NCBI RefSeq assembly: GCF_001447785.1
Contig: NW_015172563.1
Location: 862,150 to 926,149 of the forward strand
Length of the DNA: 64,000 nt
Source of the DNA: Gekko japonicus
Taxonomy: Eukaryota
Direction: 5' to 3'
Shown here: one piece after another, positions 48,528 to 62,064 of the stretch
Layout: each line of letters begins with the position of its first letter
Numbering within the stretch: position 1 is the stretch's first letter
The notes under the pieces: generated by a model
What the model was told of the DNA's origin: nothing
The model's input: the letters and a program-made list of their open reading frames with translations, nothing else
Database searches by the model: none
Program-made: the position numbers and the translations under genes

Positions 48528-48650
48528 TCAGCTGCAGAAGTATTTGTAATGAAACATTCAGTGGAAAAACGATTGGCTGTAGGTGTGATCATAAATGCAC
48601 AGAACATCAAGCCTGCTGCTGGGATTATGAAACTACCTGTATTGAACCAA
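48528..48650 (+). CDS. ENPP3: ENPP3 exon 3 (somatomedin-B domain 1: VSCRSICNETFSGKTIGCRCDHKCTEHQACCWDYETTCIEP), 123 nt
   Basis: 8-Cys SMB pattern; tttcag acceptor, GTAGGT donor; phase 1-1. Confidence 0.95.
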
Positions 48651-49734
48651 GTAGGTCTCTCTTTCCTGCATAAATGATTTTTATTGTAGACTGAATCTTA
48701 ATGCTCAGGGCGGTGGGGACTTGGACCACCTGTCAGTGATATCAACACTTGGAATCAGGGAAACAGAAACGTCTCATAGCACAGATTGTGTGAACAGGTT
48801 AAGTAACAGAACAGGTTTGTAGGCTTGTTCCATCCCAGATCAAAATGATCCAGGTTGTACTATGGTACAAAAAGGACATATTTTGCTATTGCAAACCTTT
48901 GTTATTGTTCACTACATAGGTTACTTTTGTTATTGCATTTAGTTCCAGAGAAGTTGTTCTTTCCAGGTAAGCCTGGATACAATGCAGTGAAATGTAGTGC
49001 TCCTCTCCAGATCCAGACCTGACTTGGGTCAGCTGCTTCCATAGAGCTTATTGTAGCAAGGGCCAGAACAACCATTTTGGTTGCCATACGAATGCTGCCA
49101 AAACAGTCTTTCCACAATGAATAATCCTAATCCTGGCATTAATGTTGACAAGTTGGCATCATATCCTATACTCATCCAGAGGGAAGGAAATAGCAGCCAA
49201 GCATCCCTCCATCTTGCCTGGATTCAGTTCCATCTGAGGACTCCTTCCCTTCAGTGCTGAGGTCATGCATTCCCCTAGGTTTAGAGAAAGTAGCCATGCA
49301 TTCATCCATGCTTAGGAGGACTTCATATTGTGGAGGTGCCTTCCTTTATCCTTTGTAATGGACATTTATATTGGACTTTAAATGCCGTTTACAATTTTGA
49401 GTGCCAGATGTTGTCTGAAAAGCATATGGGAACCAACCAACCAACAAATAAAGAAGTTTTTAATGTCTCCATATCATTTCATATTTGGTATTGCCAGTGA
49501 GGGTGATGTGGAGATTTATAGCAAGAGGCAAGTTATATGGCGGCAAATATTACTGCTAGTGTAGGGATTGTCCTTTCTGAGCTTCTTTAAAAACCATTTC
49601 AGCTCTCTTCATGAATGTCCAAGATCACTATTAGTATACAAGTGCAGAAGTGGCTGTATAATCAAGGCATGTTGATTTTTTCCAACACTCTGCCATTATA
49701 AAGGCCGAAATGCTACTCATCATACAATCAAGAC

Positions 49735-49838
49735 GTTTTGCGCCACTGGTCTGAGGTTTATAAGACAAAAGAAGAATTAAAATAGTTAGTTTTGCGCCAC
49801 TGGTCTGAGGTTTATAACACAAAAGAAGAATTAAAATA
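49735..49838. repeat. Tandem duplication, period 54 bp
   Basis: GTTTTGCGCCACTGGTCTGAGG... at 49735 and 49789, one substitution. Confidence 0.95.
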
Positions 49839-50661
49839 ATCTCAAATATTTTAAGTGAAAAGCTGCCATCTTAACTTCTGGATTGGGTGACAAATACAAG
49901 CATGGGGCTTGATCCAGACTTCCATCAGTGGAACAGAACTGCCCTGTCTCCCTTCTCCCCCTGCAGCCCACTGATCTCCACAAAGTCCTGCTCCTGGGAG
50001 ACAGGAGGAATGATATGATGGGTTTGTAGTGGGAAGGGAGAACTGGCAGAAATTGTCAGTTTAGCTGGGAGAAATTGGGGGGGAGGCATGACTTGGTGTA
50101 CCATCATCATGCTGGCACAAAATGACATCTTTAGATGCCATAGCATTTACAAAATGTCAGAGTACGGGCAGGCAAAAAGCCAACACACTGATGGTATAAT
50201 GATACAACTGAAGTATAAACCAAACATGCTACACACACACACACCCTTTAGAAAGAAAGCAAAATACCTAAAGTTGCCAATTCTAGGTTGGGAATTTCCT
50301 GAATATTCCGGGGTGGAGCCTGGGGAGGTGAGAGACCCCAACTCATATCTGTATTCTGGAGGCCAGCTGTATTTCTAGGAGATCTCCAGGGCCCACCACA
50401 AAGTTGGAAATTCTAAGCAGACCATTCAGTTGCTGCCACCTGTGGGGACAGTGTCAAAGAAGATCACATCTGCACATTTAACCTGTATAAAAACACCCAT
50501 CCCAGCTTGCTCCTGGGGGAATATTTCTAGAGGAATAGATGCTTCTTCATGGGAATAATTCTGTTTCCTGTGAATCTTCAGTTTCCTATTAGGAATTCTT
50601 GACATGGATCATTGTAGGAAGTGTTAATCCATAGTTATTAAAAGCAATTTCCTTTCTGTAG

Positions 50662-50787
50662 CTCAGAGCTGGTCTTGCACTAAGTCACGCTGTGGTGAGA
50701 CACGAATGGCTGGAACCTTGTGCTCTTGTTCTGAAGATTGCTTGGAGAAGAGAGACTGCTGCACAAACCACAAAAGTGCTTGCAAAG
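50662..50787 (+). CDS. ENPP3: ENPP3 exon 4 (SMB domain 2: [42 protein letters not shown]), 126 nt
   Basis: 8-Cys SMB pattern; ctgtag acceptor, GTGAAG donor. Confidence 0.95.
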
Positions 50788-51388
50788 GTGAAGGGAAATG
50801 TTCCAAAGCATGTTTATATAGTTTTAACTGCCTTTCCAGAAACACTTATTGATCCAATTCCCGATAAAGTAAAATGGCTGCATAATTTTTTAAAAAGTCT
50901 GTGTATAAAGTAAACCTGGCTATAGGAACAGAAATAGGATTGTGATAGCATTGCTTTCATTTGATGAAGTTCTTTTCTGAATGTGAAGCTGCACTGAAGG
51001 TTGAGAGGTGTTAGGTGAGGCTACCTTAATGTTTGAGTGGGGTGGAGAAACATAAGTAGGTGCAACATCTCTCTTAATCAATCTACTACTCTTGTCTCCG
51101 GTTTTGAATTTGTTTCAAAAAATTGACAATTGACAACAGACAGTGTACTTTAAAAGTTATTTCAGACAGCTGGTTGTTCTGTTATATTTGCTGAGTTTTT
51201 CATTCTGGGGGACTAGCAAACCTGCAAATACTTTGCTCTTCAGTAATGTATTTTTACATACATCTTAACAACCAGAGTGGCTGGCAACAAATGTAAACCT
51301 GTCTGCACCCAGGAATTTCAGAGAGCTCCCAACAGATTTTCTAAATGTTAGCTTTTCCCAAGATAGCATTTCCAACGTTTGTTAAGGC

Positions 51389-51782
51389 CAGGGCTATTTT
51401 GGGGCAGGGACGCACAGGAATGGAGTTCCGGCTGGCTCCTGAGTTGGCCACGCCCAGCAGGAACTCATTAGCATAATAGGCCACACCCAACAGCAGAAAC
51501 TCATTAGGATTGGCTACATTAGGGGTGTGTGGCCTAACATGCAAAGGGTCCCTGCTACAAAAAAAGCCCTGGGTTTTGACAACAAACAAGGTAAACAGAA
51601 TAAGAACCAAAAGGTGGGTGTGGCTGGATGACCACAGTTCTGGTAATGTGGGGTGTGGCCTAATATGCTAATGAGCTGCTCTGTCAGGGGTGTGGCATAA
51701 TATGCTAATGAGTTTCTGCTGTTTGGTGTGGCATATTATGCTAATGAGTTCCTGCTGGGCTTTTTCTACAAAAAAAGCCCTG
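51389..51782. mobile_element. hAT MITE (ATGCTAAT-rich)
   Basis: CAGGGCT...AGCCCTG termini; perfect TSD GTTAAGGC. Confidence 0.85.
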
Positions 51783-52086
51783 GTTAAGGCTAAGGCTGCA
51801 TACACACATTATGAGATATTGTGTCATTGTTGCGCTATAGTAATTATTCATTTACCAAACTGATTTGTCTGCAAGAGAAAATCCAGTTGTGAATGCTTGC
51901 TGTAGCATAATAACAGAATATATAACAAATGTGGGAATACAGTTAATATACTGCATAACAAATATTGTGATCCAGATTCTAAAGTAAAGTGAATTTTATT
52001 GTTACGGCACCCAGCCAGCAAAGAGATTCTAAAGTATATTTCATTTGGATACTTAAAATTTAAGTACAGCCTGCCTCTGCTTCACG

Positions 52087-52268
52087 CAGGGCTCTTTTTG
52101 TAGCAGGAACTCATTTACATATTAGGCAACACACCTCTAATGTAGCCAATCCTCCAAGAGCTTACAGTAGCCCCTGTAAGAAGAGCTCTGTAAGCTCTTG
52201 GAGGATTGGCTACATTAGGGGTATGTCACCTAATATGCAAAGGAGTTCCTGCTACAAAAAGAGCCCTG
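52087..52268. mobile_element. Near-perfect hairpin MITE
   Basis: CAGGGCTCTTTTTGTAGCAGGAACTC / GAGTTCCTGCTACAAAAAGAGCCCTG; pairing continues to the centre. Confidence 0.85.
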
Positions 52269-53963
52269 TGACAGCTTCAGTATACATGTCATTGAGAAAT
52301 AGTGATATTGGAATGCTGGACCCATATTTATAGATGTTTTAGCATTTGGATCATGTTGGTATCATACATTTCACTGATTAGAACATAATAGCAGCCTTAT
52401 TTGTGGCTGTAATTAGTCATTTACTGATCGACATGTTAAGAGGACTGATTCATGATTAAGAGGGAAGTGGATAGGGTTCAGAGACATCTTGACCTCATCA
52501 GTCCACTTCTGCCATCTTTATATCTAATTTTCAAAAGTTCCCTCTGCATGCAGGTACTTATTTCTGCAAACAGAGGGCACACTCTCCCCCAACAGGTTTT
52601 TCAGAGGACTCCGTGGGTCTGCAGAAAAATCCAAATGTTTTTTTTAAAAACCTTGGGGAGGGTTGAATCCCCCCCCCCAATACCTTTTGAAATGGCTGCT
52701 ACAGGGATCTATTCCAGGTCCCACTGCATCGACAGTGAGAGATAGAATGGCTGATAGCCAGAGAGAAGCTCAGATGTCCTTTTAAAATGTCCTCCTGCTA
52801 TTTAGCCATTCATACTACAGGAGGAATCCCCCCCAATCCCAGCTCAAGTTCTGCTTTTGCTGGGGAGGAAGCAAAGGTGTAAGGAATGGGATAACCACCC
52901 TGCAAGTTTCTTGCAGGTCCCCACTTGTCTAAATACTAATAGCGACATGGGGGCCCATCTGTGAATACCTAAATCTGTGGATTGGGGCCACATAGTCACT
53001 AAGCAGATTTTTCTTCAAACTTGGGGGACTCCCCAGGTTTACAGAAAAATCTGAAATCAAAATTAAACATGAGCGGTTTAAATCTCCCCCCTGATACATT
53101 TGTGTTTTCTGTGCATGGATGCTGGCTTCCACTCTGGGCCAGCTTCAGCATTAAAGGACATCGGCAGCTTCTCTGGCCCGTCCACAGCAGTGGAGTACGC
53201 CCACCAGCCTTGTTGGGCCTGGCTGCAGCAGCAGAAGTTTGAGGAGGGGAGAGACCTCAGAAGGATATAATGCCATAGGCTCCACCCTAGAAAGCAGCCA
53301 TTTTCTCCAGATGGGGCCTGAAGATCTTCTGGAGTCACAACAGATCTTCCAACTACAGAGATCAATTCCCATTAGTAGTCATTTTCTTGAGGGGAACCAA
53401 GGTTGCCAGCCTCCAGGTGGGGAATGGAGATCGCCAGGAATTACTATTGATCTCCAGGTAACAGAGATTAATTCCTTGGAGAAAATGACTGCATTGGAGG
53501 GTGGACTCTATGGCATTATATACTGCTGAGGTTGCTTCCCTCCCCAAACCTTGCTGTCCCAAGGCCTCATCACAAAAATTTCTAGGAATTTCCCAACCTG
53601 GATATGGCAACCCTAATGGGAACTGATCTCTGTGGTTGGGAGATCTGTTGTAATTTCAGAAGATCTCCAGGCCCCACCTGGAGATTGGTAACCTTTGAAG
53701 GAGAGAAGAAAGCTGGAACAGGGAAGAGGCTCTGGGGGCATTGGGAAAGAGGAAATAGTGGGGGAGGGGGAAATGAGATGCCTTCGGCAAGTCCTTGTGG
53801 GTTCCCACTTGTTTTATTAATTTAAGAATTTAGTGGCAGACTAGCTCATGTTAAGGCGTTATTAGGAGGGTGATGCAAGCTTTCATAACAATCGAAAGAG
53901 AGGCTTAGAAATGGCTCTTTAAAAACCTATTTACATTTGTATCCTCTTGTATGTGCTTTTCAG

Positions 53964-54024
53964 GAGAAACCCTTTGGGTGAAAGATTCATGTGCCTCATT
54001 TAACAGTTCTCAGTGCCCAGAAGG
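53964..54024 (+). CDS. ENPP3: ENPP3 exon 5 (GETLWVKDSCASFNSSQCPEG), 61 nt
   Basis: Matches ENPP GExxW...CPxG linker; AG acceptor, GTAAGA donor. Confidence 0.95.
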
Positions 54025-54049
54025 GTAAGATTATATTATTACTCTTTAT

Positions 54050-54321
54050 AGTTTTGATGTAGTGGTTAAGTGCGTGGATGCTAATCTGGGAGAACCGGGT
54101 TTGATTCCCCACTCCTCCACTCGCAGCTGCTGGATGACCTTGGGCAAGCCATAGTTCTGTCAGAGCTGTTCTTGAAAAAGTGTAGTTTCTGTCAGACCTC
54201 TCTCAGCCCCACCTACCTCACAGGGTGTTTGTTGTGGAGAGGGGAAGGGAAAGGAGTTTGTAAACTGCTCTGAGACTCTGAGTGAAGGGTGGGGTATAAA
54301 TCCAATCTCTTCTCTTCTTCT
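54050..54321 (+). mobile_element. Squam3-like SINE
   Basis: A/B boxes and (TTC)n tail; starts ~25 bp downstream of the ENPP3 exon 5 donor. Confidence 0.85.
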
Positions 54322-57300
54322 TTTGTTATATAAATATGCACAAATGAAATGTTATCTGGAAGAGATTTACAGAACAATCCTAAACAATTTTATCCCCTTC
54401 TGAGTTCACTGAGCTTAGAAGGGGGTAATTCTGCTTAAGATTGCACTATTAAGTGTCTTCCTTTCACATTTTCTTTTCTTTTTTTAAATCTATGTATTAG
54501 TTTTCAGATAAACAAACACACAAAGACATATATATATATTTACACACTTCGCAATAATCATATCTGGATTAATCAATTAATTTTACATTCACGATAATAA
54601 AATCTAAATTAAGAGGTTGGTTATACTTCATTACCATGTCAAAATATCCTTATCCCATCCTTTATCATATATTACAAGGTCTTACAAATTGAACTGGCTA
54701 GCAATTTTATAATAGATCAGAGTTTCAACTATTATGGTATAATTACTGTTTGCTACTGAATAGTAGGCTTGCCAAGTCCCCCCGGGGGGCGGGGAAACCC
54801 CCGCCCCAGAGGCCCGTTCCCCACCACCAGCGGATCGGGCCCCGGGGGGAACCCCACCCCGACGTGCGTGTCACCTGGAAGTGACGCGACCACGCCGGGC
54901 ACGCTGGGGGCGGGGCCACGGTCATCTATGGTGTACAACATCATGAGACATGGTTGTAATGTCCAAAGCTTCTATGAACCTTCTTTTTTCCATGCTCCCT
55001 TCCAAAGACTTCATGTGATATCCTGACCAGATATTTGTGATGACAGATGTAATTACCATCAATTCCTGAGTTTTCAATGCTGTCCTTTAAAACACAATTG
55101 AAATGTAAATCAAACAATTTCCAAATGTATTAGGAAAAGCACCTTTGGGAATGAGAATTACTGAAGAAAAATGGTGGTCAGGGGAAAGGATAAGTGAACA
55201 CACAGCCCCTTTTCCCTTTTCCACTTCAAATTGCCCCCACCAGAAGCTGCTTTCCTTAGGATAAGGAGCCATCTGGGTCTTGGTACGTAACATATATTTA
55301 ATAATATGTAACATATATTTAATAATAAATGGAATCAGGTGCTAGGTATTTCTATACTTCTAACAAATGTTAATCTTTGTGAACAGATGGTATTGGTAAT
55401 TTATAGTGGGTGGTAGCCTACAATTCCTTTCTAATAAGTAAAGAGTCTTGCCTGGAAGGTGGAGTTCTTTCGCCCAATTAAGAGTCCTTATGCAGCAGGA
55501 AGAAGCCATAGAATTCAACCCAGTGCATTTTTTTTTTTGTACTAATGCATACTAAGAAATATAACCTGTATTCAATCGGGCTTATTCTTTGGCATGGGCA
55601 CAGAGGATTGAAGTTTGGTTGTCAACCAAAGTACACATGCTTGGAAACAAACTCTTTTTATATCTATGGAATTACTTCTAAGCTGAATGTGTACACAATT
55701 CTATTTTTTTGCCATGGTGTGAAAAATCAAGTAGGGCAGAATTGAATACTCATTTCAACAAACACTTAAATAGAGAAAAAAGGGAGAAGCAACTTTCATA
55801 AAGAAAAGTGAAAAGGTTTGAATTTTGCATATATGTATTAAGATATTTCCTTGATTATATAAATGTACTGTTACCCTGAACTAGAGGTCAGAAGCCAATG
55901 GTCACATTTTATATTGGTATATTTTTTGTACGAACAGTTTCTAAATGTGTTAATGAGTTATGAGAAGATACTGTGGAAAGAGATTATCTGTTATATGAAA
56001 GGACCAAAGTGGTCAAGAAAGTGCATACCTTTGTGTATCACAATCATTTATGGGGCAAATATGATAACGTCAAGTGTAGTTAAATCTATTGACTCATGTA
56101 TGTGTGTAAGTGCGTCTATTAAGAGAGAGAGTGGGCTACACAGAATCTTTGCAGCAAATTTACCATCCAATTTAAATAATATGGAGAAGCACTTCTTTGG
56201 ATAAGAAGTGTTGGCTGATTTTACCAGTTTTATTCATGAAGTCCAGTGGCAGTTAATCAAATTACAACCTCTCCTAAATGGGACTGCAAGAGTGAAAGTG
56301 CTGCTCCTTTGCCAGAAAGTTAGGGCATGTTTCTTCAGATTCAGGGTGTTTATGAACCTTGAACAGGCAAAAGTTATTAGGTAACAACAGGAAACTGACT
56401 TCTAGGTTTACGCTTTTAAAAATAAGCGTCCATAAGGTAATATGAAAGCTTGGCATTCTAAACATGTTCATCCTAAATGCACAGTGTACTGCACTAGTTC
56501 TCTACAGATAAGATTGTCACACTGTGCTATCTCAGTAAGGAGTGTTGTTACCTTGTGTAAGAAGGTGTACCTCATTAACAATCAGGCGGGTAACTTTGGG
56601 GTACGAGCCGTAAAGACTCTGGTGCTGTGCCCCCATCATTCATTTCAGTGACGCTTTAAGAAAGCCCTTCCTGAGCTTAAATTAAGGGAACCTGTGCACA
56701 GTCCCTGGTAGACTATGTACTTAAGGTGCTTCTTTGTGGATTGTATTTTCTGTGACAGTTCTGTGTTAAGTCTTGGCTGCTGCACTGCCCAGTGGTTTTC
56801 CACATTATCATGCTGTGGAATTGTTGTTGTTGTTCAGTCACACAGTCGAGTTCAACTCTTCGAAACCCCATAGACCACATCACGCCAGGCCCTCCTGTCG
56901 TGCTCCGAAGTTTGCTTAATTTCATGTTCATTGCTACGATAACACTGTCTAACCATCTCATCCTTTGCTGTCCCCTTCTTCTTTGACCTTCAATCTTTCC
57001 CAGCATCAGGGACTTCTCCAGTGAGTGCTCCCTTCTCATTTGGTGGCCAAAGTATTTGAACTTCTGCTTCAGTATCTGGCCTTCCAAGGAACAGTCAGGA
57101 TTGATTTCTTTTAGGATTGAGTGATTTGATCTCCTTGCAGTCCAGGGGACTCTCAAGAGTCTTCTCCAGCACCATAATTCAAAAGAATCTATTCTTCGGC
57201 GCTCAGTCTTCCTTATAGTCCAACTCTCGCAGCCATACAGTACTACTGGGAATACCATTGCTTTGACCATATGGACATTTGTTGGCAGGGTGATGTCTCT

Positions 57301-57744
57301 ACTTTTTATTATGCTGTCAAGGTTTGCCATTGCCTTCCTCCCAAGGAGCAGGTGTCTTTTAATTTCATGGCTGCAGTCACCATCTGCAGTGATCTTGGAT
57401 CCCAGGAACATGAAGTCTGTCACTGCTTCCTCAACTTCTCCTTCTATTTGCGAAGGAGTGATGGGGCCAGATGCCATGATCTTAGTTTTTTTGATGTTGA
57501 GTTTTAAGCCAACCTTTGCGCTCCCCTATTTTACTTTCAGCAAGAGGCTCTTGAGGCCCTCTTCACTTTCTGCCATTAGAGTGGTATTATCTGCATATCT
57601 GAGGTTGTTGATCTTTTCCCCAGCAATCTTAATTTTGGCTTCTGAATCATCCAGTCTGGCATTTCGCATGATGTATTCTGCATATAAATTAAATAAGCAA
57701 GGGGACAATATACATCCTTGTCGTACTCCTTTTCCTATGCTAAA

Positions 57745-58020
57745 GGAGAAGAAGAAGAGATTGGATTTATACCCCGCCCTTCACTTGGAGTCTCAGAGTG
57801 GCTTACAAACTCCTTTCCCTTCCCCTCCCCACAACAGACACCCTGTGAGGTGGGTGGGGCTGAGAGAACTCTGACACAAACTGCTTTTTTTCAAGGACAG
57901 CTGTGCCAGAGCTTGTGACTGACCCAAGGTCACATCAGCAGGTGCAAGTGGAGGAGTGGGGAAGCAAACCTGGTTCTCCCAGATTAGAGTCCGCACACTT
58001 AACCACTACACCAAACTGGC
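57745..58020 (-). mobile_element. Squam3-like SINE nested in the BovB RT region
   Basis: Near-identical to 12764-13034; interrupts the BovB RT just before GVRQGC. Confidence 0.88.
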
Positions 58021-58507
58021 ACTACACCAAACCAATCAGTTGTTCCATATCCTGTTCTAACTGTTGCTTCTTGACCCTTATACAGGTTTCTCAAGAGACA
58101 TGTGAGGTGGTCTGGTACTCCCATCTCTTTAAGGACTTGCCACAGTTTGTTGTGGTCCGCATAATCAAAGGCTTTAGTGTAGTCAATGAAGCAAAAGTAG
58201 ATCTTTTTCTGGTATTCTTGCTTTCTCCAGCGAATGTTGATCTCTAGTTCTTCTACCTCTTCAAAACCCAGCTTCTACTTCCGGCAGTTCTTTATCCACA
58301 TACTGCTGAAGCCTAGCTTGTAGGATCTTGAGCATGACCTCGCTAGCATGTGAAATGACTGCAATTGTGTGATAGTTTGAACATTCCTTGGCATTGCCCT
58401 TCTTTGGGATTGGAATGTATGCTGGCCTTTTTCAATCCTACTGTTGTGCTTTCCAAATTTGCTGGGAAATTGAGGGCAGCACTTTAACAGCATCATCTGT
58501 TAAGACT

Positions 58508-58884
58508 NNNNNNNNNNNNNNNNNNNNNNNNNNNNNNNNNNNNNNNNNNNNNNNNNNNNNNNNNNNNNNNNNNNNNNNNNNNNNNNNNNNNNNNNNNNNN
58601 NNNNNNNNNNNNNNNNNNNNNNNNNNNNNNNNNNNNNNNNNNNNNNNNNNNNNNNNNNNNNNNNNNNNNNNNNNNNNNNNNNNNNNNNNNNNNNNNNNNN
58701 NNNNNNNNNNNNNNNNNNNNNNNNNNNNNNNNNNNNNNNNNNNNNNNNNNNNNNNNNNNNNNNNNNNNNNNNNNNNNNNNNNNNNNNNNNNNNNNNNNNN
58801 NNNNNNNNNNNNNNNNNNNNNNNNNNNNNNNNNNNNNNNNNNNNNNNNNNNNNNNNNNNNNNNNNNNNNNNNNNNNNNNNNNNN
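58508..58884. other. Assembly gap (inside BovB)
   Basis: Run of N. Confidence 1.
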
Positions 58885-60471
58885 AAACTAGTCCTTTAAA
58901 CCTATTCTTCACCTCCACTGTATATTCATCAGAGATCTGATCTAGGTCAAACCTGAATGGCCTAGTGGTTTTCCCAACTTTCTTCAGTTTAAATCTGAAT
59001 TTTGCAATGAGTAGCTCATGATCTGAGCCACAGACAGCACCAGGTCTTGTTTTTACTGACTGGATAGAGCTTCTCCATCTTTGACTGCAAATTATATAAT
59101 CAATCTGATTTTGGTGTTGCTCATCTGGTGATATCCATGTGTAGAGTCGCCTCTTAGGTTGTTGGAAGAGGGTGTTTGCTATGACCAGCGTGTTCTCTTG
59201 ACAAAACTCTGTTAGACTTTGCCCTGCTTCATTTTGTTCTCCAAGGCCAAACTTGTCTGTGATTTTGGTTACCTTTTGACTTCCCACTTTAGCATTCCAG
59301 TCCCCTGTGATGAGGAGGACATCTTCTTTTGGTGTTAGTTCTAGGAGGTGTTGTAGGTCTTCATAGAACCTGTCCACTTCAGCCTCTTCTGTATCAGTGG
59401 TTGGGGCATAAACTTGAATTATTGTGATGTTGAATGGTTTTTGCCTTGGATTCGGACTGAGATCATTCTTTCATTTTTGAGATTTTTTCTTCATTTTTTC
59501 TCACTCTCTTGTTGACTATAAAGGCCACCCCATTTCTTCTACAGGATTCTTGGCCACAGTAGTAGATATAATGGTCTTCTGAGTAAAATTCACCCATTCC
59601 TGTCCACTTTAGTACACTGATTCCCAAGATGTCGATGTTCAGTCTTGCCATCTCATTTTTGACCACATCAAACTTACCTTGATTCATATATCTTACATTC
59701 CAGGTTCCTATGCAGTATTGTTCTTTGCAGCATCAGACTTTCCTTTCACCAGCAGACACATCCACAGCTGAACATCCTTTCAGCTTTGGCCCAGCCACTT
59801 CACTCTTTCTGGGGTTACTTGTACTTGCTCTCTGCTCTTCCCCAGTAGCATATTGGACACCTTCTGACCTGAGAGGCTCATCTTCTGGCATCATATCTTG
59901 TAGCCTTTTGTTACTTCCATGGGGTTTTCTTGGCAAAGATACTGGAGTGGCTTGCCATTTCCTTCTCTAGTGTATCACACTTGGTCTGAGTTCTCTGCTG
60001 TGGCCTGTCTGTCCTGGGTGGCCCTCCACGGCATAGCCCGTGGCCTCATCGAACCATGCAAGCCCCCTCGCCACGTCAAGGCAGTGATCCATGAGGGAGT
60101 CCGTGGAATTAGGACCACAGAAACTGAGCTGAAGTGACAGCTTGGAACAGTCACTGCTGCAGTTGCGTTGCTGCAGTCCACACAGGAGCCAGAATGGAGT
60201 CAGGACAGAATCTCATCTGGAGTGTTCCTGCTCCTAGCACACCAAGGAGCTGCCTTTCCTAAACTGAAGCGGTAGCAACAAGAAACATGGCATGCTCTTG
60301 ACAGTCAGCTTTCCCATTTCATTTTCCCCTGACCTGCAAACTAAAATGGGTTATGTGTTTTTCACATTCATTTTAAGAATTTCTAAGCTGGGTTTTTACA
60401 AGGACGAGCTATGAATTAAAGTAAATAAATCTCCTGACGTAACAGGTTGCTTCTATTGTGTTTCCTTTCAG

Positions 60472-60569
60472 TTTTGATCTGCCACCGCTTATTCTTTTTT
60501 CAATGGATGGGTTCAGGGCAGAGTACTTGGAAACATGGAGTACTTTACTTCCAAATATGGTAAAACTCA
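60472..60569 (+). CDS. ENPP3: ENPP3 exon 6 ([32 protein letters not shown]), 98 nt
   Basis: SMDGFR metal-binding motif of the PDE domain; AG acceptor, GTAAGT donor. Confidence 0.96.
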
Positions 60570-62064
60570 GTAAGTAAACCCAATCTCATACTTCTAAAGA
60601 AGGACAAACACTCAAAGGCAGTATTATCATTCTCTTTCTTTACCATCTTCTCAAAATGACCCCACTGTTTTTTAATAACTTGTGAGGCTTGCAAGTCACC
60701 TGTAATCCCTGGGTATCTCTTACAACACATTAACGAGATAAAATTCAGATTGGCTTAGTAATAGGCAATGTGGGTTAATTTTGGGATGTGTTTTGGCTGT
60801 TTATTTACAGACAAGTACAGAGTTGTTTGATTGAATGCACAAATACATACATACATACACCAACATGGTATAGTGGTTAGAAAGCAAGGCTAGGATTTGG
60901 GAGACCCAGGTTTGAATCAACACTGTGCTGTAGAAGCCAGCTAAGTGACTTTGGGTCAACCATATGTTCTTTGCTTAACCTACCTTACAGTAGGGTTGCC
61001 AAGTCCTCTCTGGCCACCAGTAGAGGATGGGCGAGGTAAGGTTGCCAGCTCCAGATTGGGAAACTCGTGGAGATTTGGGTATGGACCCTGGGGGGGGGGC
61101 AGGGACTTCAGTGGGGTACAATGCCATAGCATTCACCCTCCAAAGTATCCATTTTCTACAGGGGACCTGATCGCTGTAGTCTGGACATGAAGTCCCAGGT
61201 TTCCCCCGGGTTTCACCTGGAGGCTGACAGGGTTTTTATAAGGATAAAATGGAGAAGGCAAAAATTTTTCAAGCTACTTTGGGTCCCCATAGGATAGAAA
61301 AGTGGGGTATAAAAGGAAGTAAATAAAAATGTAAGCTAAAAATGCTTTGTCCTTTAAAAAGTCCTAGAAATAAAGTCAGCCTAATAACATAAAATCATGT
61401 TAACAGCATCCTAATTTAGTAGTATATGTTAAAATAAATTGTTACTGTACAAGAATGACAAGAAATTCTAGGCTAAGGATTCTAAAGCAAAGAAGTGAGA
61501 GGCTGATAAAACATGAAACACAGCCATACAACAAGAACTTTATACACAAGCAATTTGGCAATGCTTTGCAGAAGGGTTTCTAAAGTTATCACTGCTGGTT
61601 GCTTTTTGGACAATTCTGTCCCTCCCCATCCTTTTGAGCTGGGAGTAGACACCATGCCTCACAGTCTGCAAGATATTATGCAGAAGAGCTGGGCTGAAGA
61701 CGTCCTTTTTTGGCACTCCCCCTCCACTGCTGCTGCTGTTGAAAGGCAGCATAGATCCACTCTCTGTCCTCACAGGCTTTGAGGGTAGGGCAAGTTTGAG
61801 GCACAGACCGGTGGTCATTTCAGACATCACCAGATATCCTGTCTGCTTTTTTCCTCACCAGTGAAGAGCATCTCCTGTGCTCTTCACCCTCGTCCCAGTC
61901 TGCCCACTTTTGAGCCCAGCACATCTGCATGTTAACTAGCCAGTTTCTTAATAACAGGATGGATTTGTGGACAATATTCACAAATAACCTTTTAAAAAGT
62001 GATATGCATGCTTCATTCTTTATCTGGTTGTACTTGTATAATTGCCAAACATATTCTTTTGCAG

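Larger units (their letters stand above)
56821..60100 (-). mobile_element. Near full-length RTE-BovB LINE (decayed)
   Basis: ORFs MNQGKFDVVKNEMARLNIDILGIS, GDWNAKVG, NNLRYADNTTLMAES, WCWRRLLRVPWTARRSN; (CAA)n tail; probable TSD CTGTGGAATT/CCGTGGAATT. Confidence 0.93.

Noticed and set aside
49685-49740. GGCCGAAA segment as another hammerhead
   Set aside because: No upstream CUGANGA core; insufficient evidence
54050-54120. tRNA genes (A/B box hits here and at other SINE heads)
   Set aside because: No complete cloverleaf; each continues into a SINE body and tail
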